Of a stretch of 26,196 nt of DNA, positions 1 to 9,729 are shown one piece after another. How positions within the stretch are numbered: position 1 is the first letter of the stretch; each line of letters opens with the position of its first letter. The translations under genes and the position numbers were made by a program. Where the stretch lies: contig NW_021835577.1 in the NCBI RefSeq assembly GCF_006345805.1, positions 1 to 26,196 on the forward strand. Direction: 5' to 3'. This stretch comes from Octopus sinensis. Its lineage: Eukaryota. Under the pieces are notes generated by a model, which was given only the letters and a program-made list of their open reading frames with translations, searched no databases and was not told where the DNA came from.

Positions 1-189
1 CAGGAATATGCTAGAGTTGAAGTAATTCGCTTTGTTTCAATTCCGTTGACATCGGCCACCAATATTAATGAAGAGAGAGAAGAGGAGAGAGAAGGAAAAA
101 AAGGAAAGCATTTGACCAATTGGATTCCAGTGGAATTTCAAAACATGGTTTAATGCTGTGTTGCAGAAAAATAACAGAATCGGTTGAAA

Positions 190-343
190 GGAGCTAACGC
201 CATGGATTAATAGACTCGGTAGTGCGTCGAACAAAAATGCTATGTAGTATCTAGTTGTGGCGCTCTCCGTTCAGATTTCAAATCCTGTCGAAGTCAATTA
301 CACCACTCATCCTTCAAGGGTCGATAAAATGAAGTACCAGTCA
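190..343 (+). mobile_element. Degraded SINE family B (tRNA head + Meta-like core) fragment
   Basis: ttcaaatcctgtcgaagtcaa...catccttcaagggtcgataaaatgaagtaccag aligns to the intact B copies at 2221 and 15173. Confidence 0.7.
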
Positions 344-346
344 GTA

Positions 347-502
347 GACCGCGACCATGCTGGGGCACAGCCTTGAAGAATTTTTAGTCGAAGAATTTAT
401 CCCAGTTCTTATTTTTTTTAAGCCTGGTATTTATTCTATCAGTTTCTTTTGCCGAACCGCAAGGTTACGTGGGCATAAACACACCAACACCGGTTATCAA
501 AC
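347..502 (-). mobile_element. SINE family A 3' half, inverted
   Basis: Reverse complement matches the A body and tail (ggttcggcaaaaga...gatagaataa...gtgccccagcatgg). Confidence 0.8.
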
Positions 503-562
503 CTTGGTGGGAAACAAATAAATCACATACACATACACACACACAAACACACACACACACAT

Positions 563-960
563 CCCAACCACATGGTTCCGGGTTCAGACCCGCTCCATGC
601 CACCTTGGGCAAGTGTCTTCTGCTATAGCCTCGGGCCAATTGAAGCCTCGTGAGCGGATTTGGTAGACGGAAACTGAAAGGAAACCCGCCGTGTATATCT
701 GTGTGTCTGTGTGTTGTCTGTCTGTATATACATTTATATCTTTGTGTCTATGTTTGTCCCCCACCAACATCGCTTGACAACCGATATTGGTATGTTAACA
801 TCTCCGTAACTTAACGGTTCGACCAAAGTGACCGATAGAATATGTACTAGCTTTACAAAGAATAAACCCTGGGGCCAATTTCTTCGACTACAAAACGTTT
901 TAAGGCTGTGCTCCAGCATGGCCGCTGTTATATGACTGGAACTAGTGAAAAAATAAAAGA
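563..960 (+). mobile_element. SINE family A, 5'-truncated and diverged
   Basis: Colinear with the copy at 978-1385: caaccacatggttccgggttcag, cttgggcaagtgtcttc, central TG tract, gtgctccagcatggccg tail. Confidence 0.9.
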
Positions 961-977
961 ATATATATATATATATA

Positions 978-1385
978 GGCGCAGGAGTGGCTGTGTGGTA
1001 AGTAGCTTGCTAACCAACCACATGGTTCCGGGTTCAGTCCCACTGCGTGGCATCTTGGGCAAGTGTCTTCTGCTATAGCACCGGGCCGACCAATGCCTTG
1101 TGAGTGGATTTGGTAGACGGAAACTGAAAGAAGCCTGTCGTATATGTATATATATATATGTATGTGTATGTGTGTGTGTGTTTGTGTGTCTGTGTTTGCC
1201 CCCCTAGCATTGCTTGACAACCGATGCTGGTGTGTTTACGTCCCTGTCACTTAGCGGTTCGGCAAAAGAGACCGATAGAATAAGTACTGGGCTTACAAAG
1301 AATAAGTTCCGGGGTCGATTTCCTCGACTAAAAAGGCGGTGCTCCAGCATGGCCGCAGTCAAATGACTGAAACAAGTAAAAGAGT
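978..1385 (+). mobile_element. SINE family A, full length (tRNA-like head, CORE-like box, internal TA/TG microsatellite, LINE-derived tail)
   Basis: A-box-like tggctgtgtgg, B-box-like gggttcagtccc, CORE-like cttgggcaagtg, tail ggtgctccagcatggccgcagtcaaatgactgaaacaagtaaaagag. Near-identical copies at 8372 and 24657. Confidence 0.93.
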
Positions 1386-1786
1386 ATATACATCCGCTGG
1401 GCAGTTGATTTCCCCAACTGTGCACAGTTTCTCTTCTCTTTATCCCAAATCACTATGTCAGGCCCATTATCTCTACATTTTTATGCTCTCTTATCCTTTC
1501 ACCTCCTTCTTTTCCTATTCTATTCTCCGATGTTAACTAATGCCCTTATTTGCATCCTGCTGTATATAAACACCTCTGCTTTTGTGTTGAATTCTTACCG
1601 AGCTGCACCCGCTCAGCATTCGCCTTTTCACCTTGTCGTCTTTCATACTAACATCCTGTCACCCTGACACTGTATCACCTAGACACCTTGTCTCTCTGAC
1701 ACCCTCTCACTCTGTCACCTAGACTCACTGTCACCTTGTCATTGGGTGGCTTTCACACTGTCCACTTTGCTGTTCTGATTTTTGTT

Positions 1787-2075
1787 GTGAAAGCGCGTGG
1801 CTTAGCAATTGAGGTATTTGGCTCACGATCGTAGAGGCATGAGTTCGAGTCCCGGTGGAGCATTGCATCCTTGAATTGGACACTTTGGCAAAAATGATTT
1901 GGATTTCAAACGACCGACCTTATCACGTTCGGTGTCATACTAAATCTCCCTGAGAACAACATTAAGCGTGCTTGTGTCTGTGGAGTGCTCAGCCACTTGC
2001 ATGTTTATTTCAAGAGCAGGTTGTTTCGTTGATCGGATTGACTGGAATAGTCATCGTCGTAACCGACGGAGTGCC
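1787..2075 (+). mobile_element. Old tRNA-derived SINE (head D) carrying the same 3' tail as SINE C3
   Basis: A box tggcttagcaa, B box gagttcgagtcc. The 3' ~170 bp (gtgtctgtggagtgctcagccactt...cgtcgtaaccgacggagtgc) matches 18975-19147. Confidence 0.8.
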
Positions 2076-2220
2076 TCTTCTGTCTGTTTCAGTGACGGAA
2101 ATCAGCTGAAAAGTGAGACGGTTACCGTCTCTGATTAATTCTTGAAAACATAGAATGGAAAGAAACTCTATAAATAGGGTAGGGGGGGGGCTAATTATTT
2201 TATTAATTATTTTATTTATT

Positions 2221-2437
2221 AAGGCGGCGAGCTGGCGGAATTGGTAGCACGCCGGGCGAAATGCTGAGCGGTATTTCGTCTGCCGTTACGTTCTGAGTTC
2301 AAATTCCGCCAAAGTTGACTTTGCTTTTAATCCTTTCGGGTTTCGATAGAATAAGTACCAGCTGAGCATTGGGGTCGATGTAATCGACTTATCCCCTCCC
2401 CCGAAATTGCTGACCTTGTGGCAAAATTTGAAACCGA
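2221..2437 (+). mobile_element. SINE family B with short tail (B2)
   Basis: aaggcggcgagctggc head, B box gagttcaaattcc, Meta-like core tcctttcggg..cgata.aataagtaccag, tail ccttgtggcaaaatttgaaacc. Confidence 0.9.
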
Positions 2438-2717
2438 TATCTTATTTAGGGGTTTTTTTGTTTCTATTTGAAATTTGATTTTGTATTACAACAATTTCAT
2501 ACACTTACCTCTCCTGCATGGTGAGGTAAAAAAAAAAAACGCGAAACGTACCGCAAAAGTCACGCCAACTCTTATTGGGGTCTGTTCTCCCTTTCATATG
2601 ATAAGGCCACAAAAAATAAGCAACGTGTTAGGGCCCTTGAAATTCTCCCTCGATGACAAAAGATGGCCTCATACCCAATCAAAAGAAAGACAAAATGATA
2701 AAAAACAATCTAAGATA

Positions 2718-3106
2718 CAATAGAACCTCGCAGTACGAATGCCCCATTGTACGAGTAATTTGCTGTACGAGCCGAGGCTCATGCAGATTTTGGCCTTGAA
2801 GTGCGAGCAGGAATCCGTATTACGAGCACATAAATCGTCCCATCTTTAAGGTAATTCAGTTAATAAAACCAGTTTACATATTTCTTTTGCATTCTCTTTT
2901 TCTATAATTGTCATTTTACTTGTAACGACACCTTTTCTGTTTTAAAACTGATAAAAAAAAATCATTTTTGAGTGGTTTTGAGGGGCTGGAACGGATTAAT
3001 TATATTTTAGTTAATTTCAATGGGGAAAATTGATTTTTAAAACTAGTAAATCGTAAGACGAGCTTGGTCATGGAACAAATTAAACTCGTATTGCGAGGTA
3101 TCATTG
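2718..3106. mobile_element. Tigger/pogo-type MITE (non-autonomous Tc1/mariner superfamily)
   Basis: Imperfect 23-bp TIRs caatagaacctcgcagtacgaat / actcgtattgcgaggtatcattg, with TA on the left and CA (mutated TA) on the right. Internal ggctggaacggattaat...aatggggaaaattg resembles MER44/Tigger-type MITEs. Confidence 0.8.
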
Positions 3107-3929
3107 CATTTTAAATTGGGTCACGACGACAGAAGGGAATATATTTTACTATACCACGTACACAGAAACAATTTCACTAGTTTCAAGCTTCAAAAATCGA
3201 AATGGTTAAGTGGAATCGATACAGAATTAGAACCGCGGGAAACTTCAGTTTAAACTTACTGCAAACAGTTGTCGATACTTCAGGTGATAATAGTAAAAAG
3301 ATGATGACTAGTTTATCTGGGAAACTTTACTTGTATCAAAACAGCACCGTCTCAGTGAGAGGAGGCGATTTGTCTCGTATCTTCTTAACGCAAGGAAAAT
3401 AATGCTAATCCTTGTGACTCAACAGCCACGAGCCTAGCTCTGACAGCCGGAAATCTAGACTTTGACTTTGCAGACAGTTTTAAAGACCAACTCTTCATAT
3501 GCTTTTCCGATGACAAATTCTGGGTTATATTTCAAACCAGTTTATCTTATAAATTGCTGCATTCTCACTAAGAATTTCACTTGATTTTTGGTCTGACAAC
3601 GTGATCCTTTTACAATTAAATTCTAACATTGATATCATCATTCTTTCATTCGTAATCTTCATTATTCCATCAATCTATCACTTAATCTATCACTTAATCA
3701 TTCGATCAGGGCATCGTCTTGTCAGCTGAGTTTTTACTTCAGGTAGTCATGATTATTGCTCATTTTTGTTGTTGCTTGCTCATGATGGCAGCCATTATTT
3801 ATAGTTAATCAATGGATTCAGCGATCGATTAAGCATTGAGAAAATATGGCACCTGTTTAGACAACGTCGATTTGATGGAAAAAGTGAGTTAATGTACAGC
3901 ACGAATATTTGATCACTATAAGCAATCCA

Positions 3930-4103
3930 TACACTTCTATATTTCAGAGATGAGGAATTTTTTACATTTGACGATATTTGTCCCCATTTTTTTGTTGTTA
4001 ACACAACGTTTCGGCTGATATACCCTCCAGTCTTCATCAGGTGTCTTGGGGAAATTTCGAACCTGGGTTCTCATTCCTAAGGTATTTTTCAATGTTGTTG
4101 TTG

Positions 4104-4139
<36 letters not shown>

Positions 4140-4256
4140 TCAGCTCACTGCTTGGAATCGAACTCGGAATCTTGGGGTTAGTAGCACACGCTGTTAACCA
4201 CTACGCCATATGCCCAGACAAATATCCGTCAAATGTAAATAATGTAAATAATGTAA
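3930..4256 (-). mobile_element. tRNA-headed hammerhead element, inverted duplicate copy
   Basis: Reverse complement of 4615-4944, flanked by the same TSD aagcaatcca (3920-3929, 4257-4266). Confidence 0.88.
4000..4045 (-). ncRNA. Minimal type I hammerhead ribozyme motif
   Basis: Minus strand reads gacac-CTGATGA-a-gactg-gagggtatat-cagcc-GAAA-cgtt-gtgtt, identical to 4828-4873. Confidence 0.75.
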
Positions 4257-4457
4257 AAGCAATCCATTTGTGCAGGTCATTCTACAAGACAACCAAGCGT
4301 TCGAGAATCAACACCAAACTCTTTCGAAAGCCAGCGATTTCAAAAACTCTAGAGAGTGTTTTATTGAGACCAATTCATATCAATGTGTCATATAATCCGG
4401 TGAGTTCAGAGTATATGTAGCTTAATGCATGAACATGCATATCTGTGTGTGTGTATC

Positions 4458-4489
<32 letters not shown>

Positions 4490-4614
4490 CGCGCGCGCGC
4501 GTGCATGTATATCTGTATATTAATATATATTTATATATTTATGACGGACCCTCCGGTGGAGACGGCGTATGAGCGTTTAGATTTTGCCGAACGACCTGCA
4601 CAAATGGATTGCTT

Positions 4615-4728
4615 TTACATTATTTACATTATTTACATTTGACGGATATTTGTCCGGGCATATGGCGTAGTGGTTAACAGCGCGGGCTACTAACCCCGAG
4701 GATTCCGAGTTCGATTCCAGGCAGTGAG

Positions 4729-4769
<41 letters not shown>

Positions 4770-4944
4770 TAACAACAACATCGAAAAATACCTTAGGAAT
4801 GAGAACCCAGGTTCGAAATTTCCCCAAGACACCTGATGAAGACTGGAGGGTATATCAGCCGAAACGTTGTGTTAACAACAAAAAAATGGGGACAAATATC
4901 TGTCAAATGTAAAAAATTCCTCATCTCTGAAATATAGAAGTGTG
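4615..4944 (+). mobile_element. Non-autonomous retroelement: inverted 3'-end copy + tRNA-like head + (AAT)n + hammerhead (Penelope-associated SINE / retrozyme candidate)
   Basis: 10-bp TSD tggattgctt (4605-4614, 4945-4954), A box TGGCGTAGTGG 4663-4673, B box GAGTTCGATTCC 4707-4718, hammerhead 4828-4873. Segment 4632-4655 is an inverted copy of ~4890-4913. Confidence 0.88.
4828..4873 (+). ncRNA. Minimal type I hammerhead ribozyme motif
   Basis: Stem I GACAC/GTGTT, core CTGATGA 4833-4839, stem II GACTG/CAGCC (one A.C mismatch), GAAA 4861-4864, palindromic AACGTT helix III, putative GUU cleavage triplet. Confidence 0.78.
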
Positions 4945-5254
4945 TGGATTGCTTATAGTGATCAAATATTCGTGCTGTACATTAACTTACTTTCTCCATC
5001 AAATCGACGTTGTCTAAACAGGTGCCACGGTGTGCCACGCGTCAGGTGTCGAAGTGACCGCAGAGCAACGTGAGATGATGTGTTTAGCTCAAGAACGCAA
5101 CACACCACAAAGTCTAAGGAATGAAACCACGATCTCACGATCACCAGTGCAACACTCTAACCACTTGGACTACGCGTCCTGGACATATAACATAAACAAG
5201 AATGCATGCACACATGCATACATACACCAGCGCACACACACACATTTATATGCG

Positions 5255-5330
5255 TTCGACTAAGAATTCTTCAAGGTGGTGCCCCACGACGGCAGCATTC
5301 TCATGACTAAAACAAGTAAAAGATAAAAGA
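5255..5330 (+). mobile_element. SINE A-type 3' tail fragment
   Basis: ttcgactaagaattcttcaaggtggtgcccc...atgactaaaacaagtaaaagataaaaga. Confidence 0.7.
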
Positions 5331-5353
5331 CGTGTGTGTGTGTAGTTTATTTA

Positions 5354-5465
5354 AGCTGAATATTTATTTTGTGATAAGAGTTTCATACTAGGATCATCTT
5401 CAGGCAAGAATTCTCACCTGAAGATCACAGTGGCATGAAACTCGAGCGGCAAAAAATATTCAGTT
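5354..5465. repeat. Imperfect palindrome of two head-to-head hammerhead-like motifs
   Basis: agctgaatattt/aaatattcagtt, gagtttcat/atgaaactc and tcttcagg/cctgaaga pair around a central gaattc. Confidence 0.7.
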
Positions 5466-5663
5466 GAAATCACATAATTAACACGTAATGAAGAAATCTT
5501 CATTCGTTCGACATAGATCATTGTTTGAAGATATATACATGCACGTGCGCGTGCGTGTATTACAACAAACAAAGGAAAAAGTACTCAATTCATGATGCAG
5601 AGTATGATTATATTTCTTCGGCTGAACGCATGACATGACATGTGTTCAGACATTTAGTAGCAT

Positions 5664-5872
5664 GGCACACGGCCTAGTGATTAGGCTGTTGCACTAACGA
5701 TCGTCAAAGATTTTCAGATCGGGTGATACGTTGTGTTCTTAAGCAATACACTTCATTTTACACTGGGAACTTAACCCTCGATGGACCGGCGTCCCGTTCA
5801 TTTGGAATTGCTATCATCCCAGTCACTTATATGCCAGAGGAACCGGATTCGGCTCCAACCAAATGAGTCCAA
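5664..5872 (+). mobile_element. Degraded tRNA-SINE with CORE-like and V-domain-like segments
   Basis: Head ggcctagtgattaggctgttgcac, CORE-like gttgtgttcttaagcaatacactt, and ccctcgatggaccggcgtcccgttca resembling the V-SINE central motif. Confidence 0.55.
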
Positions 5873-6262
5873 CGGCCAATAACTGACTTAAGTCTAAATC
5901 TAAGCACGAATTTGCATTTTTTAAAAGACGGGGTTAAAACTAGGTTTACAGTCAGTCGACTAGCTCTGCCCTCATCCCCAACTTCTACTGATGACTTTCT
6001 GAAAGTTATACCTATATATATATATGGGCAAGTGCTGGCCTTCCATAAACAACCATGCCTGGACTTGTACCTCGGAGGTGCAATCCAATGGTCGTTCATG
6101 ACCAAAGTGGTTCTTTACTCTAGTCATGCTGTATGAGTCTGAACGATTGCCGTATTATGTTTGATGCACCACATAAGCATGACCGTTCGCATGCTGAACT
6201 TTCCGAACATGAAACTTAAAATAGCTCATGTATAATTCCTGTCATTAAATGTGTCATTAAAT

Positions 6263-6366
6263 CATACATACATACATACATACATGCATGCATATATATA
6301 TATATGTATGTATATGTATATATGTATGTATGTATATATATATGTATATATATATATGTGTGTGTG

Positions 6367-6399
<33 letters not shown>

Positions 6400-6445
6400 G
6401 ATATATATATATATATATATATACATACACTTGTGTGTATATGTA
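6263..6445. repeat. Compound (CATA)n/(TA)n microsatellite
   Basis: Seen directly. Confidence 0.95.
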
Positions 6446-6581
6446 TAAACATTCACACGCATAGATGCATATAAGTAGATATCATGTTATATACACATGT
6501 GTGTTTATCCGTAATCCAAAATATATATGTGAAGTATAAAACGCGCGCACGCACACACACATGCATAAAAACACGCACTCG

Positions 6582-6612
<31 letters not shown>

Positions 6613-7035
6613 ATAAAGGCAAACAACTTCTGTTCAAATATATTCGTTATCGATTAACTAATAATCTCCCTTCAATTTCTATTAAGATTGAAATCTATCT
6701 TCTCTGTCAGACGAACCTAATCGAACAAGGATATCGATCCTTAATCCTCATTAATCCACGTGGAAATGAGAGGAGAGATTAGCTGTGTTCTGGTTTTCTA
6801 CAGATTAAAAATAAAAGAACATACAAAGCCTCTAAGGGATCATTTGTGTTGTTGAAAATAGCAGCTAGTTTCCCCTGAAATCCTTCTCTCCTGTCTTTAA
6901 AATTGGCGGCAAGATAAAGTGGCTCTAATAATAAAATAACTTAAATAAAGGCGGGATGGTCACGGCTAGAAGATGCCTAGCCCCCTTTATCACTACTTTA
7001 TTGATAAACACACTATAACATTCATTTCGTATATT

Positions 7036-7431
7036 CTTTTCTAATCTAAGCACAAGGCCCGAAATTTTGGGGGAGGGGTCAGTCGATTAGATCAACCCCA
7101 GTACGCAACTGGTACTTAATTTATCGATCCCGAAAGGATGAAAACAAAGCTGACCTCGACGGAATTTGAACTTAAAACGTAAAGACAGGAGAAATACCTA
7201 TTTCTTTACTAACCACAAGGTGCTAAACACAGAGGGGACAAACAAGGACAGACAAACGGATTAAGTCGATTACATCGACCCCAGTACGTAACTGGTACTT
7301 AGTTTATCGACCCCGAAAGGATGAAAGGCAAAGTCAACCTCGGCGGAATTTGAACTCAGAACGTAACGGTAGACAAAATACGGCTACGCATTTCGCCCGG
7401 CGCGCTAACGTTTCTGCCAGCTCGTCGCTTT
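7036..7431 (-). mobile_element. Dimeric SINE B (full B1 unit + 5'-truncated B2-tailed unit)
   Basis: Two tandem core units (7199-7431 and 7036-7198). 18-bp TSD acattcatttcgtatatt (7018-7035) / acatccgtttcgtatatt (7432-7449). Confidence 0.9.
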
Positions 7432-7661
7432 ACATCCGTTTCGTATATTTTGACGCAGAAGTCCAACTTGTATTCGTTCTTGCTGTCCTGCCCATTTGAA
7501 TCAAGACCGAAAAAATATTTACTAAGTGGGTGCTAATATATGTAATATTAAAAACTGACATTCTCTCAATGAAATCCAATATGTCTGTCTATTTAAAACT
7601 CCTTCAGGAAACCGTTGGAAATAATTCCAATTAAAGGACGAACTCACATTCATCCGATAAA

Positions 7662-7688
7662 ATATATATATAATATATATATATATAA

Positions 7689-7775
<87 letters not shown>

Positions 7776-7790
7776 TATAATATAATATAT
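7662..7790. repeat. (TA)n microsatellite
   Basis: Seen directly. Confidence 0.95.
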
Positions 7791-7821
7791 GTATCATGTA
7801 TGTAATAGTATGTATGTAGTA

Positions 7822-8036
7822 TGTATCTGTGTATGGGTTGCCCCCCCCCACCCCATCGCTTGACAACCGATGCTGGCATGTTGACGTCCTCGTAACTTAG
7901 CGGTTCGACAAAAAAGATCCGCTAGAATAAGTACTAGGCTTACAAAGTATAAGTCTTGTGGTCGATTTGTTCGACTAAAGGCGGTGCTCCAGCATGGCAG
8001 CAATCAAATGACTGAAACAAGTAAAAGAGTAAAAGA
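7822..8036 (+). mobile_element. SINE family A, 3' half
   Basis: catcgcttgacaaccgatgctgg...aaggcggtgctccagcatggc...gaaacaagtaaaagag. Confidence 0.9.
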
Positions 8037-8371
8037 ATATATTTAAAAACACTTACATCCAACAATAATTGTAAACACGTCAGTGGTACAGTGGGTGAAA
8101 AAGGCATTCTAGAAATAAAGATTCCGTGGTTCGAATCTATGTATATCTAGGAATAAAATATCTGAGACAATCGTAGCTTGCATCAAACGAAACGATCTCT
8201 ATGTAAATATTAAAGATTTCCAATACTAAAAAGAACTTGAATCATTCGAAAACTTACACTCGAACTTTTTATTAGCATAAAAACGGGATAAAATACAGTC
8301 AGAGTATATCTGAAGTATATTTACTATGCATGTGCATGTATGTATGTGTGTGTGTATATATATATATATTA

Positions 8372-8807
8372 CAGGAGTGGCTGTGTGGTAAGTAGCTTGC
8401 CTACCAACCACATGGTTCTGGGTTCAGTCCCACTGCGTGGCATCTTGGGCAAGTGTCTTCTGCTATAGCCCCAGGCCGACCAATGCCTTGTGAGTGGAAT
8501 TGGTAGACGGAAGCTGAAAGAAGCCTGTCGTACATATGTATATATATGTATATATATATGCGTGTGTGTGTTTGTGTGAGCGTGTTTGTCCCCCTAGCAT
8601 TGCTTGACAACCGATGCTGGTGTGTTTACGTCCCCGTCACTTAGCGCTTTGGCAAAAGAGACCGATAGAATAAGTACTGGGCTTACAAAAGAATAAGTCC
8701 GGGGTCGATTTGCTCGACTAAAGGCGGTGCTCCAGCATGGCCGCAGTCAAATGACTGAAACAAGTTAAAACGAGTAACGAGTAAACAAAGTAAAAAGAGT
8801 TAAAAGA

Positions 8808-8808
<1 letters not shown>
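8372..8808 (+). mobile_element. SINE family A, near full length, followed by (TA)n to 8851
   Basis: Near-identical to 978-1385, with an expanded gtaaaagag-type tail. Confidence 0.93.
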
Positions 8809-8853
<45 letters not shown>

Positions 8854-8931
8854 ATCATAATCTTATGAACCCGGAAAATTTAAAACAGAGAGTTACTTAC
8901 TTGCAAATAAATGCGTCAACATGTGACATTA

Positions 8932-9184
8932 TTGACCGAGGTTACCGTGGTCTTTTCCGTGGGCCTTTCTTTCCACGGATAAATCTTATCTTTTTCCCCC
9001 TTTACACTTTACATCATGACATTTCTGTGATACACGATCCTTATTGATCGTTTTTTTTTTTCTTTCCTTTTTACAATCCCTTTTGATCGAAAACCTACCC
9101 CACTTTTTTTTCTCCCCAAAAAGAAAAGCTCTACTTTGTAATTTGTCCCGTCTGTGTTCAGCCCTGTGTGGCTAATAAAGAAAC
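8932..9184 (+). mobile_element. Probable LINE 3' UTR (Tx1/L1-like) ending in AATAAA
   Basis: T/C-rich UTR-like tract ending tctgtgttcagccctgtgtggctaataaagaaa, the same end as the SINE B1 tail. Begins ccgaggtt, as also seen downstream of the ORF2 relic at 16264. Confidence 0.55.
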
Positions 9185-9569
9185 ATATTTACTATGTTTC
9201 CTTGTCCTAATGAAGTAGTGAACTACTTGAATATTCGATGGTGCGTGCGACCATCTTCAGACAAATAAAACTGCCGTCATTGCATTAATGAGCAAATAAA
9301 TGTACGTAGACTCATTGATTAAGTTGTGATTCTAATTGAGTGAAGGGCAGGAAGTTGAGGCACGGGGGAGGAGTAAGGAGTAAAGGGTATCCAGAAAGAA
9401 CTGGATTGTAATTGGTCAGCAATAAGTGATCGGCAATTGGTTGGTTGTGGGTGAAACTGCATCATGTAAAGAGAGGCTGCAAATATTCCTTTTATTTACA
9501 GCTTTAATTATTATACACTTGATATAAATATAATTTTTAATTAATTTTTAATTAATATTTCATTATATT

Positions 9570-9603
9570 ATAAATACATAAATACATACATACATATATA
9601 CAT

Positions 9604-9638
<35 letters not shown>

Positions 9639-9698
9639 CATATATATACATATACATTGCATATATAATATATATATATATAATATACATATATACAT

Positions 9699-9729
<31 letters not shown>

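Larger units (their letters stand above)
3847..5027. repeat. Long inverted repeat: arms 3847-4278 and 4593-5027, ~314-bp spacer containing (GT)n
   Basis: Direct reverse-complement alignment gives about 11 differences outside the internal microsatellite. Confidence 0.97.
4541..5179 (-). mobile_element. Old tRNA-derived SINE (head E, CORE-like box) interrupted by the hammerhead element
   Basis: Minus strand has a tRNA-like head (tagtccaagtggttagagtgttgcac...gtggtttcattcc) and CORE-like gcgttcttgagctaaacac. The body continues across the 4615-4944 insertion with tggattgctt duplicated. Confidence 0.7.

Noticed and set aside
1390-1780. Pyrimidine-rich tract with tgtcacc/gacac repeats, vaguely similar to the pLTR relic at 21960-22040
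   Set aside because: The similarity is too patchy and no hammerhead core survives, so it is left unannotated.
2115-2131. 17-bp palindrome gagacggttaccgtctc
   Set aside because: Short and isolated with no supporting context, so plausible by chance.
3202-3402. 66-aa ORF in non-repetitive sequence as a possible exon
   Set aside because: No recognisable domain or convincing splice signals. It cannot be supported without homology or RNA data.
4656-4729. Functional tRNA gene (also the heads at 10028, 17424 and 18767)
   Set aside because: A and B boxes are present, but there is no proper acceptor stem or oligo-T terminator, and each runs into a repeat body, so they are SINE heads.
5988-6010. CTGATGA...GAAA hammerhead look-alike
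   Set aside because: Only 6 nt (ctttct) separate the cores, so stem II cannot form, and there is no stem I.
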